DNA of 64,000 bases from Mizuhopecten yessoensis (Eukaryota). The notes beneath the pieces are model-generated. The model had not been told where the DNA came from. It searched no databases and was given only the letters and a program-made list of their open reading frames with translations. Numbering within the stretch: the first letter of the stretch is position 1; every line of letters begins with the position of its first letter. The position numbers and the translations under genes are program-made. The stretch is from positions 215,208 to 279,207 of the forward strand of contig NW_018406776.1 in assembly GCF_002113885.1 (NCBI RefSeq), read 5' to 3'. Shown one piece after another: positions 28,308-42,537 of this stretch.

Positions 28308-29057
28308 ATGGATGAAGATATTTTGGTAGCCGCCACTAATGAAAACACAACACTTTTCAATGACAGTGCTAATGGAACTGATGCCAAGGATTCCGAGATG
28401 GTGTCTACAGAGTGGGTAGTATTTCTATCTCTCCTGTATTCACTGACCACTCTTCTGTCTATCGTCGGTAACGTCTTGGTCGTCATCGTTTTTGCACGCG
28501 GACGGAGATCGCGGACAGACTTACGTCCGTTTCTCATCAATCTTGCCGTGGCGGACCTGATCATGGCGGTCTTCTGTATGCCTTTCACATTCGGAGATAC
28601 CATCTATAAAAGCTGGTTATTCTCGGAACCAATGTGTCCAATTGTGTTGTTCATACAAACGCTGTCTGTGTCCGCTAGTGTGTTCATCAACGTGGCGGTC
28701 GGAGTAGACAGGTTCATTGTTGTTGCCTTTCCTCTCTACTCCAAGGCGTCACAGGCCCGTTCAAAACAGGTCATAGTGGCCACCTGGATACTATCTATAA
28801 GTATAGCATCGGCCGTCGTGCCATTTGCTCACACACAACGAATAAGAAATACCACCAGGATCAAATGTTCCGAGATTTGGCCATCGGTTCAGGTTCAAAG
28901 GTTCTATTCAGTGGCATTATTTGTAATAATATACCTGCTACCGTTACTGGTCCTGTCCGTAGCTTATAGTATCGTAGGATTCGTGCTGTGGAAAAGGACG
29001 ACGCCAGGAAATCGGGATCAAATGAGAGACATGTTACAACTGCGGTCAAAAATAAAG
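28308..29057 (+). CDS. Class A (rhodopsin-like) neuropeptide GPCR, NPY/RYamide-luqin/tachykinin-like; first coding exon (250 aa, TM1-TM5)
   Basis: N-terminal N-glycosylation sites (NTT, NDS, NGT). TM1 GNVLV, TM2 NLAVADL...CMPF, ECL1 WLF..PMC, TM3 DRF, TM4 W, ECL2 KCSEIWP, TM5 YLLPL...Y, then LWKRTTPGN. Phase-0 donor AAG|GTAAGG at 29057/29058. No TM6 CWxP or TM7 NPxxY exon found in the window. Confidence 0.93.
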
Positions 29058-32000
29058 GTAAGGCAATCTTTCTTTTTGTGTCTGTTAAATTGTCCTTTAA
29101 CAATAACATATATAAGCTTTATTTAGTGCACTATACGTTTTTTTTAATCAAGGTATTGTTTCTTTGACATGTTGATATGTTTAATTGATGCTGTAAGCGA
29201 CGTCCTCGTACAAAATGAGGATTGTCTTTGCGTTGATGGATGATGTGTTAGTCGAAAAAAGCTAATTGGTTTAATAATTTTGTTCTGGTGACAATTGTTA
29301 ATGCCTAGAGAGACCAAACATGTGGTACTTAGTTTATTTGTGGTGAAATAAACACCTATTTGTCTAATGAGCTACAAAGTTTCAAAATAATATCGTGTAA
29401 TACAATGTGCATGTAAATCTGATAAAACAATATATATTTCCCAAGTGATGACGGTTACATCTGGTGTCATTAAGTAGGTGTTTCAAACGTTTTAATTCAG
29501 TAAAAAGCGTCCCGATTGCATTTGACTGTTTGAAGTCACAATCATACAAACTGCACGGTTAAATATTTATTCTGTATGATTTCACTGAAAGAGGTTTGGT
29601 GTCTGGCAGGACAATGACACTTCAGTTTCTGTGCAAATAGCCAACTTCCTAATGGATAGGATTCTGTTTTGTATCTCAAACTTTTATAAAACTTGGCATG
29701 TATCAGTTCTAAGCCCTCGTAAACTATCCATCATATCCGTTTTACAGTGGCAAAGCAAAATCTCCAATATGACAAAAATGCACTCGGTCTGAAAGTACAT
29801 CCGTCTAGATTATGCATATTTAGAAGGAAGGATTTCTGTTTGATCATAACTTACTTAGATTATAACAAGCGTTAAAAAGTTACTAGGTACAATAACAAAC
29901 CATAAACATCAGCATGAGTTTGTTGATATGAATCTGATTCCGTTCGGAAATGTATTTTCGATTCCTGCTGGAACCGTTCCTCAATAAATCCAAATGTAAT
30001 GCCCCCTTGTGGACGACACGCTGATGCGTGGTAGGACAGGATTGTTACTGTCAGTTTTGTGTGATAAAATACTTAAACGCTGCACAACCCATTTAGAACC
30101 ACTTAGGTAACCTATCAGAACGGAGGCCATACAATCAATACAACTTACTTTTTCTTAAAATGTAAAATGAAACATATTCATACAAGAGATATTTTATCAT
30201 AGTAATAGCATTTCACGGTTTTATTGTTTAAATGAATAATATTTTTCATCTTAGACAATCATTAAATAATTCCTATCGGAATATGCGATCGCGATTCAAA
30301 GGTAAGGTCATGTGACTAGGGGCTCGTTAAACACACATTACATTAAACAAGTTTAGTAACCTCTTTTACTAGGGATATCAAAACGATAAATATGTTTTGG
30401 AAACGATATCTTTCAGATTTGGTGTCTCCGTAACTTATTGATGAAAGACCATGGGCTGACGAGGGACTAAGTTAAGACTATTCCACACGTTTTATTATGA
30501 CAACAAAACATAATGTGACGTTTCCGTCGATGCAGTCCTGATAAATTTGTCATGGGCTAGCAAAGGTGTTAATGGAGACCACGAAAGTACATTGTTAAAA
30601 GAATGAGGATCTCAAATGAAAATTTCAACGTCTGTTAAAAAGAGGACACATTTATCATACGTAAGCCAAATAATGTAGGCCCTTACGGGACTTCCCCTTT
30701 CATATCGAACATGTTGTAAGATACATAAGGAACCTGCTAGGAATATGTGACAATTCGAATCCTATAGGGTATTTACATAACTCCTGTATCTGCCAGAGAA
30801 CGGATCGTTAGAAAATCGCTATCCACAAAGGATTACGTTTAACTTGTTTTATACACGAGCGGTGCCTGGAGTAAAACAGAACAAATTTTCCACAGCGTCA
30901 CCCTGAGACACCATCTGAATGCAATATCATTATAGGTAGACAGCCTCAGGCCGTAAAGAGGTATACAAACAAAGCACAACCAAAACAAAAGACCTCATGA
31001 TACATCACAAAAAAAGAAAATACACTCAAAATATATATAATATGTGCCTGTTGTGGTTTTGATTTAGTGGTATTGAGTACAAAATGAGATGAAAGTGAAA
31101 GAAACTCAGGAAATTCATGTTATTTTAGAATCTAAAACTTCAAAGAAACCTACTTAATCGATCGGAGACTTGCCTGGTCCCAGAGGTTAGAGAGGTAAAA
31201 CATGTACTATTTTAAGGGTGTGGCAACAGTTCCTTTTCCGAGGGGTAATATTATTGATTTCTAAGCCAAGGCTCTGCCTTGGTTTAGACATTTATAGGTA
31301 CAAAAGTACACCACCCTTGGGTCGTATTCCTCACTGTATTACCATTGAAACTCAGGGATGACTTTTTTACTTCCATCGTGTATTTTCACTTACATTTTCC
31401 CCGACAGTAACAGAATGTTTGATAACGAAATAATGTAAGATGTATGAATGAAAACTTCTTAATAATTACCTTTAATAACATAACATTATGTTATCACGTC
31501 ATAGTTTGCATAGAGCTATTTCAACTCCACGTTTCGATATTTTTTTCCTCCAGAGTACAATGAATAATAACAATTCCTAAACCAATCAGATATTAGATAT
31601 GTAGTTTAGCCTGCTTCGCTCGCAAATGGTCTCTAAACACATATACAAGTAGTTCGGTTTAAACCTCCTGTTTAGCTAACGCAGCTTTGCACGAAGCTAC
31701 AAACGTATCCTCAAACTGAACTTCAAAGGATTGAACAGGAGATATACGTATGAAGGAGGACACAGAAGGTATAATCAATCTCGTGTAAAGATCAATGTAG
31801 CGTCAACACCTTCACTTCATAACTCCTTGGACAACCTAAGTTATATTTGAAACCCCAGTCACCCTGTCAAATGTATCGTGTAGTAAGACAACCCCCAATC
31901 TGTATGGTCCGCAAACCATCAGCAGATTTGTTACAAGGGACATGTGCAGTTATGGAAGCTACAGGAAGCATGTCAAGTCCCTGAACCCTAGGGACATGTG

Positions 32001-35000
32001 CGGTCCCCGAACTTACTGCCGTGATGTGAACTTCCTGAATGCGCTTTAAACATGTCTCAGATACTACAGATGGCATGTGAAGTGTCCGAGCGTACAAAGA
32101 ACGTATTAGGAACCTACGGAGTTATGAAAATATTTCCTCGAATAATAAAGAACTGGTAGCGTCCCAAAATCTGCAAGAGACCAATCATAATAAAATGTAA
32201 TTGTGGCTATCAATAAACATTGGATGTCCACAACTATAACAGTCATTGTTTTAGCGTATCTATATAAACACACTTTATACGCATGGAAATCATACTATCT
32301 ACAAAGAAATGATTATGGATTATTTTAGTTTCACGGAATTTTTGACAAAATGGCCTGAACAGGCAGTGATTGTATTGGATTCGCCATGTAACCAATCGTC
32401 CTCCTACTGTTACATGCCGGTAGCAATGCAGTGCACCCGATCAATATATCGAAGTACTGCAAAACGTGATTGTATTATCTCAACAACTGCTCAAGTCTGG
32501 AAATTCTCATCTACATCATTGATTTAATGGAAAATGATAAATATTTCCAACACATTTTTAATTTAATATACGATGCATTTCCGACGAATACAAAAAATGT
32601 AATATAAACCCGACAGAGTCAACAAACATGCCCAAATCAGATCTCATAGGCTAAGAGAAGCTGAGTAAACAAGTTTATTTGGTTTTCTCAGATACGCTAC
32701 TCATAGTAATATAGTAGTGAGAATATATATTGATAGTCGGCAACGTCCTAGTTACAATAGTCTTTCATACACATTCATTACATTCTATTCGATACGGATT
32801 CGGTTAGGACACCTGTTTATTGCGATTACAGGTGGTTATAATTGATAACCGTTCAGTAGTATTCTAGGGGGATCCGTTGGTATTATTATCGGGACACACT
32901 GTCACCGTGGTCAGGGCGAAGTCATCATTAATGCATATTTGAAATGTCGGTAAACTGTTGTAGTGTGTTGAGTCCGCTTATCGATACACCAACTTCACGA
33001 TCAGAACAAAGTATTATCAGATCCATTTACCTTGTTGTGAGTTTTACGTGTAGTAAAATGACCATGTGTAAATGTTTTGATTTTATAAAGGCCGATGTAG
33101 ATGGGATGCTGGTGTACTAACAATGTAAATCAAAGACAAACCTTGTTTTTACTCATTTACAGTAAACACTTACCTACACGCGGTAGCAATAACATGACCC
33201 TTTTGTTGACACAGGGAATATGATTAACTATAAACGCATATGTTAGGTACAGGAATATTATTTTGATGTGTTTTTCTTTATATTCAAATAGTCTTTTAAA
33301 GACAAAATCATGTAGTTATCATTCTACTTTTTATATAAAGTGAAACTTTGTTGTCATTTACACAAATATATTTATTCGCCTTACGTTCCGCCAAAAGTAT
33401 TTAAAAAAATCCTTTCTATTCAGCAGTTCTTTTAAAAGACTCACAATATGTCACCAAACCCCTTTATAACGCCAAACGTTTGCTTTACAAAAAACCGATA
33501 CAATAATAGAGCTAGGCTCTACTGTTAATTGAATTGAATATGTTAAATTAATACAAGATATATAATGGTTTCCTGTTGAATGTCATGAACATTTTTAAAA
33601 GTATGGCAGAATACCGACATTTTCGCGATTGCAATCACGAGTATAAATACCGATGTTTATACATATTTACCTTATTTCAACAGACTCAAGGGTCCAAATA
33701 TCTAAGTGATGATGATAACAAAAATGTGTTAACGTATGACGCATTAAGACAAACATGTTGTTAAAAGATAGATGACAGTGTAGCATAAAGTGGAAAATAT
33801 TTTAAACATACTGCCTCTAAGCTAGATATCAAAGTAGACATAGTACATTAAAAGATACAGTCTAACTCACCCTTATTGGAACAAACGTTTCATTATAAAT
33901 TCAAGCAATTGCACACTGTTTGATACAAAAGTTTTATAATATGATTATATATGATTGAAAGAGAAAACCATTAAGTTTTATCTAGTTCGGTTTTTAAGTA
34001 TCGACAATGACGCAAAGGTTTCTGAATAAAACAATTGGAGCAATTAATAACGAAATCCTTGATGCCGTACTAGTGACACAACTCTTGACAACAAAACTGT
34101 GACCATTTCGATTGGGTAACCCATTACAGTTCTGTAGTTTTCTGCTACGTCTGGTAGGAATTAGTCTATACAATGTTATCAATTTTGTAAAAATGGCATT
34201 ACAGTTGGTCAATACAAAACGTGATTTCCTCAAACTGTGGCAGTTATCGTTATATAAAATTTGTTACAATGATAAGGATATCACTTGCATACAGTTATAG
34301 AATAAAATCCTTGGCTACACACCATCCGCACATCGTCCACACATGGTGCGCACAACTGTGCGATTTATCAATCGTTCACCCCGTTGTGCGCTTCTCTCCG
34401 CACAACTGTGCGATTTGGTATCATTTGTAGATCAAAATTACGGAATGACAAAAATACGGAAGGCTTGTATGCGATTATATGTACACTGTGTATATATCTG
34501 TAATTTCTCATCACAATAATCAAGATTATACAATTTCACAATGCGTGTTACACAGTATTACAGCGACCGTTAGACTATCAAGAATGGGTTTGGCTCCAAG
34601 GTAACAGAACAGGTAAATAACAATTTGATGAGTGTCCGGAGTTTTACCTGACCAGTGCCTGACACACAGATCTAGAGCTGATATGCGATACATACCGTTT
34701 GACGGTAACGTAATGAATAGTATTTGTTATTTGCATTCGTTTGCCTATAGCTCCCATTCACCTGGATTTTCACACACCCGGCCTTACCCGACGAGTTACG
34801 TAAGGCGGGGAGAAAACTACGGTCCAGGTATATCCGGGGATCCGTACATGTATAAAGTGGTTATGTTTACCTGTGTACGGGATTGTGTTGTAATTTTACA
34901 TGTGTCGATTAAGTTTGTTTAAAAACATGGAAAACACAATTTCCAAATATAAGAATGTATAGCAGAAAGATAAGTTTATAGATGTTGCTACAGTAGAATA

Positions 35001-36439
35001 TAGAAACATACGTAAAAAACAAGTTTATATGTTTAAACACGAAACCGTATAAATTGGTAAGGCATTCTTCAATTTACACCAACCACGATTGTTATCGCAC
35101 AACGTCCGTCCATCGTGCGCATATATGTGCGCAAGTAATGACCGTCCATCTTTTTATCGTTCGCCCATCGTGCACACACCGTTCACACACCGTGCACACA
35201 TCGTGCGCACACCGCACATCGTGTAACGTTGTGCGATCCCACAACTGTAGAAAGGGATATTTAAGAAAGACAAAGAGATGATTATCTACTCTTTTAACTT
35301 CATATACATAAATATATATCTAACAAAACAACCGCAAAAACAAAGATTTAAAAGAGACGTGTTGCCCTCCCTGTTGCTTCGTCTTTATTTACACCACAGA
35401 TTTACGTTTTTTCCTTCGTTTGCTTAATTTTCTCGTCGTTTTAATTGCTACATTTTTTAGATAATTAGAAATAACATGGACGCTGTGATTTACGGCTTCT
35501 TCTTGTAATTTGATACATATAACTACACTAACAAAGGGCTATAAAAAACGACATCCCAAGTCTCCTAGAAAGCATGGGAAAGGCTGCATGTCTAGGTGTG
35601 CGAACAGGTCGACTGTTTGTTTGTCCTCGAAGGCATATATATTGTAAATCACCCAGGGAACTTAATTTTGTATTCCAAATCGATATGTTAAGCTGTAATT
35701 TACTGAATGAGAAATATCCGAAACGTACTGAATCATATGTAATTACCTGTAAACGACCGCAAAATATCTCGACGAGATACATCAAGAAAACGTCCCTGTG
35801 GTATCATAGCGGGTTTAATATAGCTGTGTAGGATCCCTGTTACAATTAAACATACTTAACACTCATCATATACACTTGTCTGAATTATATGAGTTAGTTG
35901 TAGTATTCCCTGTCTGTTGAAGACACATTGGGTAAATTTATAAATGCGCGTTTCTCGTGCCACGCCATGGTTAATAAAAAGTTTATTAACCTAGTTTTAT
36001 TTTCTGTTTCCATTAGGCATCTATTTTTAGAGTTTCACTCTGCTCCGATGTTTACTACTGGTGTAACAGAACAAAGTCAGTATTTATTTTCGTCATTGAT
36101 CGTGGACGTGCTTTAAACTTCAAAACAATGGTTTCAAAGACGTTTTATTGTTAACCGCGTGTATGGATATAACTGTTGACATGCTTTTAGATGTCAAACG
36201 TTTGCATGCGTGGTTTTTATATGCACGACGAATCATACCCCGAGGACTATTGCAATACCGTTTATTTATCTACATAACCATCGAAATTCACGAAAGCATA
36301 TATTTTTATGCTTGATTTGTTCTAAAAAAATTACTATTAAATTTTAATACAATTGCTAAAACAGATTAAAACGCAGTTTCATTCAGCAAATATGACCTGC
36401 ACATCAAATCAGCTAATATCGCCCATGTAAAACCAGTTA

Positions 36440-37190
36440 AAAGTCGGGTTTTAAGTCAGAGATATTAGTCATGATCAAAGTCCGAGTCATCAGCCAATAA
36501 TCAAATGTCAGGGTCATTAACCATGAGAAAAAAATCAGGGTTATTAGCCTTGACCAAAAGTCCGGGTCATTTGCTATGATCTTAAGCCATGGTTATGAGC
36601 CATGGTCCTAAGTCAGGTAAGTCACAATAATCAGAGGTATTAGCCATGATAAAAAGCCAGGATCCTTAGCCGTGATGTTAAATCGGTAATATTAGTCCAA
36701 ATAACTAGTAACGGTAATGGGAAATATCACTTGTCAACATTACTAGTCTAGGTCAATAGTCAAGATTATTGTAGCCAATATTACTAGTCAGTAACTATAG
36801 TCAATGTAACAAAACATGGTCATTAGTCAAGATCAAAGCGCTCCGGACTAGTTCTTTAGTAAAAGCAACAAATCAGCAACATTATTTGGTTAAGGTCACT
36901 TCGGTCACTATTGCCTTTGGTCAGGGTTGCTATACAGGGTCATTTTAAAGATTCTAAAGTCACGAACACTAGTCAAGATCACTAGCTCAAGTGATCAGTT
37001 AAAGTCACAAGACAATCGGCTTTGAAAATGATCACTGGTTAGTCAACAATAATGTTTAAAAAACAGTCTAAGTAGATTTAATTGATAAGGTCACAAGCCA
37101 AGGCCAATTGTCAAGGTCACTATGGTCAAAATCGATAGGCAAAATTACTGGCCATGTTCACAAGTTAAGGCAACTAGTCAAGGGCGCTGT
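36440..37190 (+). repeat. Highly degenerate short-period tandem repeat (ggtcattagtcaagatcaaagtc-like)
   Basis: Recurring gtcattagcc/tagtcaag/ggtcact motifs at roughly 12- or 24-nt spacing. Confidence 0.55.
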
Positions 37191-37944
37191 TGATCCTATT
37201 AATACTACCATATTTGATATTGAATAAGCCATAGATAATTCTCAATTAATTGAGGAAAAAGGTGTTTTAATGTTCAACACAATTTTATAGAATGCAGACA
37301 CTGATGTGATAAGTAACGTTACTTGTGTACGTTTGTTACATATATCGACACAATGAAAGTGGATTTACATAAATGTACAATTAACATCAAGTAGTATACG
37401 GCCATACATACAAACACATCAAAACAACCACATTTGTCAGAAAACAAACGTATTTTTTTTACAAACGGGTACTCCGTGCGTGTCGTTCAATAATGCATTG
37501 GCTTCACCCAAAGTTCATGGCGATCAGTTGGTATCGGCGATCATCAAGTGCACATTTTAAAACGTATTTGATGTTGTTCACGTCTGATTACCATTACTAA
37601 CACACCTATCAAGGGATCATGGTCCACTGCTTTGATATCCCAACCACGTGATGGATAGGACTATGTACTAGACCATAACATTAGTGATATCAAAGTAAAT
37701 AATGATAAAAATATAGGCTAGTCATGTTCAATAAGCACGCTTGAACACAGTTTGCTTTGAGGGTACATGAATATAACGGAGAGTGATCACTTTCTTAAGT
37801 ATAGCTTCCTTATACGGTATACTGTGTGCACAGGCATACATTGTAATACATATAACTAAAATACCAAGGCAGTGCCCAAGTACTTTTTTGCTTTACTATA
37901 AGCCTTCAAATCAGTAAAATTATCAGACGTCAGTTTTATGTTCT

Positions 37945-38250
37945 ATTACGGTGTCCATTGTCCAGTGCAGTATTACGGTGTCCTCTGAAGTAACAGCGCA
38001 CTGTAAAGTGACGATATCTACTGAAGTGACAGTGCCATGTAAAGCGGCAATGTCCTCTGAAGTGACAGTGTCCTGTAGAGCGACAATGTCCTCTGAAGTG
38101 ACAGTGTCCTGTAGAGCGACAATGTTCTCTCAAGTGACAGTGTCCTGTAGAGCGACACTTTCCTTTGAAGTGACAATGCCCTGTAAAGTGACGATATCTA
38201 CTGAAGTGACAGAGCCTTGAAAAGTTATGTGTCCTCTGACGTGACAGTGC
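37945..38250 (+). repeat. 36-bp minisatellite built from 18-bp half-units
   Basis: gtcctctgaagtgacagt + gtcctgtagagcgacaat; 12-aa period SSEVTVSCRATM. Confidence 0.9.
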
Positions 38251-39379
38251 CCAGAGGGACCTGAGAGCAAATCTGGACCTAATCTAAGTAATTTAACATG
38301 TTTTAGGGGTTGAGATCGACTTTCGGTAACAACGCCATCCCAAATGGTTATATATAGGAGAAGGGTGGAAAGCTCTCGATGTGGAAAGTCCATCTCGTAT
38401 AACTTTCATACATCAAATACAAGATTTTTAAAAACCTCCTATATGCACTGATAATAAAGTCACCTTCTGCGGATATGAAACCCGTTTCCTCCAAAAAACA
38501 CACGCCATTTCAGAGTTTAAAAGTTTTTTTCGCAAAGGAACAACTAGGGGCAGAAAGAAAGCTGGATTTTGTAACAAGCATCAAATACCATTTTTTCTAA
38601 AACTTATCATTTCTATTGGTCTCTTTGTAAAAGTATGTTACAATTTCAAAAGATTTTATTGACAAAAGAAGTCAACAGGATTGGACATCAGGCATTGCCT
38701 ATATAAGTCCTCTCCTTACAGCTACATCCGGTGGCGAACACATTGTTTACATATATTACAGACATTTACATTATAGAAACACAAAGGGGAAGTAACTCCT
38801 CCAAAGCAGATTATATAATAGTGATGTGTAAAGATAGTTACCTTTATAATTATAGGACTAATAATAAATAAGTTTTCAAAAAGATATATTTACCTTAGGT
38901 ATAGTTACACTTTTTCCATATATATTATTGAAATATTCAAAACATATTTAATAGATTTTGCTTTATCTCCCCAAAAGATACAGGCCATACAAAGAACATC
39001 TGTCACAAATTAGCCATCCACTAACGAAGTTAAAAAGCCAATTCCAGCAAATAGATAGTTTGTTTACTGGTGGGGTCACATCAAGTTTAGGACACATTAT
39101 GATTGTTTGTACATTTTGGTTTAAAAGCAGGAGTTACTTCGTGTAGCTAGTACGGTTATATCCAATCTGTGGTGCCCAGGGGAAAGTACATTTAAGCATT
39201 GAACTGTTTTGTATGGTATTTATGATCTATTTGAATGACACAGCTTTGCAAGCAAACAACATTATGCGCGCTAGCTATGACAAATATGTCATATTAAGTC
39301 ATATTATAACTGCATCCAGTTATCTATTTGATGGTTTAACTCATCTTTATTTATTAATTTATTCTGTTTAATTCAAATT

Positions 39380-39860
39380 TCATGTTTTTTGAGACTAGTC
39401 AGATTAAGGTCTATTTCTAGGCATTCAGATTTTTATATGTATTGTTTTATAGGTAGTATTATGATGTTTTCTATATAAAACTTTGTATGTTTATATGAAT
39501 TCTTGTTTATCAAATCTTAATGTAAGGTTTTTAGTTAAAATATTTGTTTTTAGCTCGTCAATTAGCCTATCAACTTTTTCGCAATCCCATAGCGCATGAA
39601 CTATTGTTTCAGGGTGAATTTTACAGAAAGTGCAAAGGTTAATGTTTGATTTGACAGTTTTGAATAAAAATGTGTTTGTAGTGAGGAGTCTGTGGTTTAT
39701 TCTGTACTGTAGCCACTGTAATTTGGTGGTGGTGGTTTTAAAAGGACATTCATATGTTTTTTTCCATGTTTCTTCATCTATATTATCATTTAAGATTCAT
39801 TTTCTTTGAGCAGTAGGTTTAATATTATTTTTAATTAATATTGAATATCTAAGTATTAAC
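39380..39860 (-). mobile_element. L1/Tx1-type LINE ORF2 C-terminal fragment (zf-RVT-like)
   Basis: Minus-strand translation TKLQWLQYRINHRLLTTNTFLFKTVKSNINLCTFCKIHPETIVHALWDCEKV (about 39580-39735). Confidence 0.75.
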
Positions 39861-41815
39861 TTAGCGCATAACGTAATATTGAACATATCATTTGAGAGAT
39901 TATGTGCCAAATCAATACGATTGTTTTCAGTGAAACCATAAAGTGATGTGTCATCTGCAAATAATAAAATGTTACTAGAAATACAATCTACAATATCATT
40001 GATATAAATTATAAACATTAATGGTCCGAGGACCGAGCCTTGAGGCACGCCTTCTCTGTGGTACAGGGCAAAACCTTCTGTTATCACTATTTTTTTCATT
40101 GAAGTTAAAAAAAAAATTGAACCAGTTTAGAACATTACCTGTAATACCACATGTTTCGAAGTTATGTAAAAGCCTTGCTTTTATCACAGAAGATAAATAT
40201 AATTTCCTTATTTTGATCAAGGTTATTAACAATTGTGTGGTATATGGAGAGTAAATGATTAACAGGTGAATCATTTGGAGTGAAACCTGATTGATGTTTT
40301 GTAATAATGTGATGCATAGTAAAATAATTATAAAGATATTTAAAAATGATTTTTTCTAGCATTTTGCTAAACCAAGATGTAACAGAGATAGGCCCACAAT
40401 TGCTTACATCATTAGCTAAACCTTTTCCTTTACAAAACGCATTTATGTTAGCCATCTTCCAGCTTAGAGGAATATTACTTGTTTCAAGTGTTTTATTGAA
40501 GAGTAAAGTTAGAGGAAGAGTGATAGATGGTTGTAGTTGTTTAATTATTGTTGGTAACATACCATCAGGTCAAGCAGGTCAAATAGTATCTAAGAGGGAC
40601 AGTCGATCTTTAACATCTTGTTGAGTAATGATAATATTATTTATTGAATGGGTAGGATTATTTATTGTTTCAGTAATTGGTGCAGTATCTACTGTGGATA
40701 TTGACTTAAAATACTTATTTAAACATTCTGCTTTGTGAGATGGATGCTGCTGAACAAATGAGTTATCATGTTTAAGTGGAGGAATAGAGTTAGCTTTATT
40801 ATTGATATTATTTTTTTTATCAATTTGTGAGATAGTTTTGTTACTCTGAGATTTGCCATGTTTTTTTTTCTTAATTTCACATATTTTACTTATTGTATTA
40901 TTTTTAATTTTTCTATAGTTTCTCCAATGAATCTCAGAATTACTACATTTAGTTTTTGTATGGGCTTTAATTCTTTGTCTCATTTTAATTATTATATCAT
41001 TTGTCATCCACTTCTTATCATTTTGTCTTACTGTTATATTTACGCTTTATATTATACAATCAGGAATTAGTTGGTTTATTTTATCACATAAAATGTTGTC
41101 AAATTTATTACAGTCATATCTATTATTCAGACTTTCCCAATCTGTTTCAGTTATATGTCAATAAATTTGACAATTTTTCTGCATCTTGATGAATAACGAT
41201 CTTCTTTTGATTTGTATGTTGTTTGAAGACACTATAAGAGATGTTAAACTGGATCAGAGAATGGTCAATGAAAATAGGAGAAGATACAGATGCATTTTTC
41301 ACTAAGTTGTCATTATTCGGAAAAAAAAGTATTGATGCTGAAGAAGCTGGAGTGATACGGGTGGGTTTATTAATAAAACTACAAAGATTAAATTTTGCCA
41401 TAAGTCTACTAACATGAGAATGTAGATTCAAAATATCAATATTTAGATCACCAGTAACTATTATACCCAAGTTAGTATTAGTGACTTTTTCAAGGACAGA
41501 GTCTAATGTTTCCCAATATCTAACCAGTGATCATGTCTATAGATTCCACCTATATCATCTCAATTTCATAATGTAACAGATCGGGTCTTCTTTTAGTGTA
41601 AATATTATTTTATGGTAGATTAAAACTCATCCCCAGGATCAGTTCTATCTACTCTATGAAAGACATTTGAGGAACACTCAAATGCTATTTCAGAATCTGG
41701 AATTTCGGGAGCAAGATGGGTTTCCGTTACACAAAGTATATCACTTTCATTAAGTTCACATTCAATAATATCAGTTTTATTTTTTAAAGATCTTACATTG
41801 AGGTAAGACATTTTA
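39861..41815 (-). mobile_element. Decayed CR1/L2-group LINE ORF2 (APE endonuclease + RT), 3'-truncated
   Basis: YLNVRSLKNK...DILCVTETHL, TGDLNID and IDHS (APE). PISVTSWFSKMLEK, HQSGF, CDKSKAF, GVPQGSVLGPLMF and LFADD (RT). Confidence 0.9.
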
Positions 41816-41899
41816 AAAGTATACCATTAAGCATGAACATACACAAGTAAAATATAAAATAAAGTCAAGCTTGTGTCTGATCAAATCGATTTTGTAAAA

Positions 41900-42055
41900 C
41901 AAATATATTTATATAACTAAAAAGATCAAATGTCCATGTGAGAAAGCAAGTAAAAAGAAATAAGTCTAACAGATCTAACGACCGACAACAGAGCTAGCCA
42001 GAAGCCATGTGAGGGTGTAAGCAGCCAGATTTGTAGTCGGTCGTTTCATCTTACA
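41900..42055. mobile_element. Older degenerate copy of the 42538-42975 fold-back element
   Basis: aaatgtccatgtga and aacgaccgac are reverse complements of right-arm sequence. gaagccatgtgagggtgtaagcagcc...tagtcggtcgtt is a decayed + strand hammerhead-like segment. Confidence 0.6.
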
Positions 42056-42537
42056 TTGTATTTTATGATATATCATGCATGTATAAAGCCAGGAACACCA
42101 ATGATAACTAAACGTGAAGTAAAGACTAAAAGCATAAGTGAAAGGAATACAACATTTTATATCGAAAGATTGACTGTTTCACGGCTCTGTAGAAAACTAA
42201 TAAAGAGCCTATGCTCTCGTATGTATAAACCTTTGCTCTTATTGATCGATATTTCTTTGCCGAAATACTTATGCATAAAGATTAAATTTTATTTGAAACC
42301 AAATGATATAATTGTTTTTCTTTTTTGTTTTCACGATTTCTTTCGAAAACAATCTGTAAAGCAATGTTTTAATAGCATGATATTATGCCATTATGAAAAT
42401 ATAACTTTTGACTGATGTCAATTCATGGATCTTAATACCCTTGATAAATATATAATGACTGAGGGCACAGGCTGCTGTCCATATTTTCACGATTCGTTGT
42501 GTAGAATAAGGTTAAAGGCGTCATTATATATATATCT

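Noticed and set aside
29058-29126. Last 22 codons of the 272-aa GPCR ORF
   Set aside because: Read-through past a strong GTAAGG donor; there is no TM6 motif.
34120-35258. Possible 1.1-kb non-autonomous DNA transposon with gcacac/gtgcg-rich subterminal repeats
   Set aside because: The repeats at 34320-34410 and 35090-35250 are real, but convincing TIRs or TSDs could not be defined.
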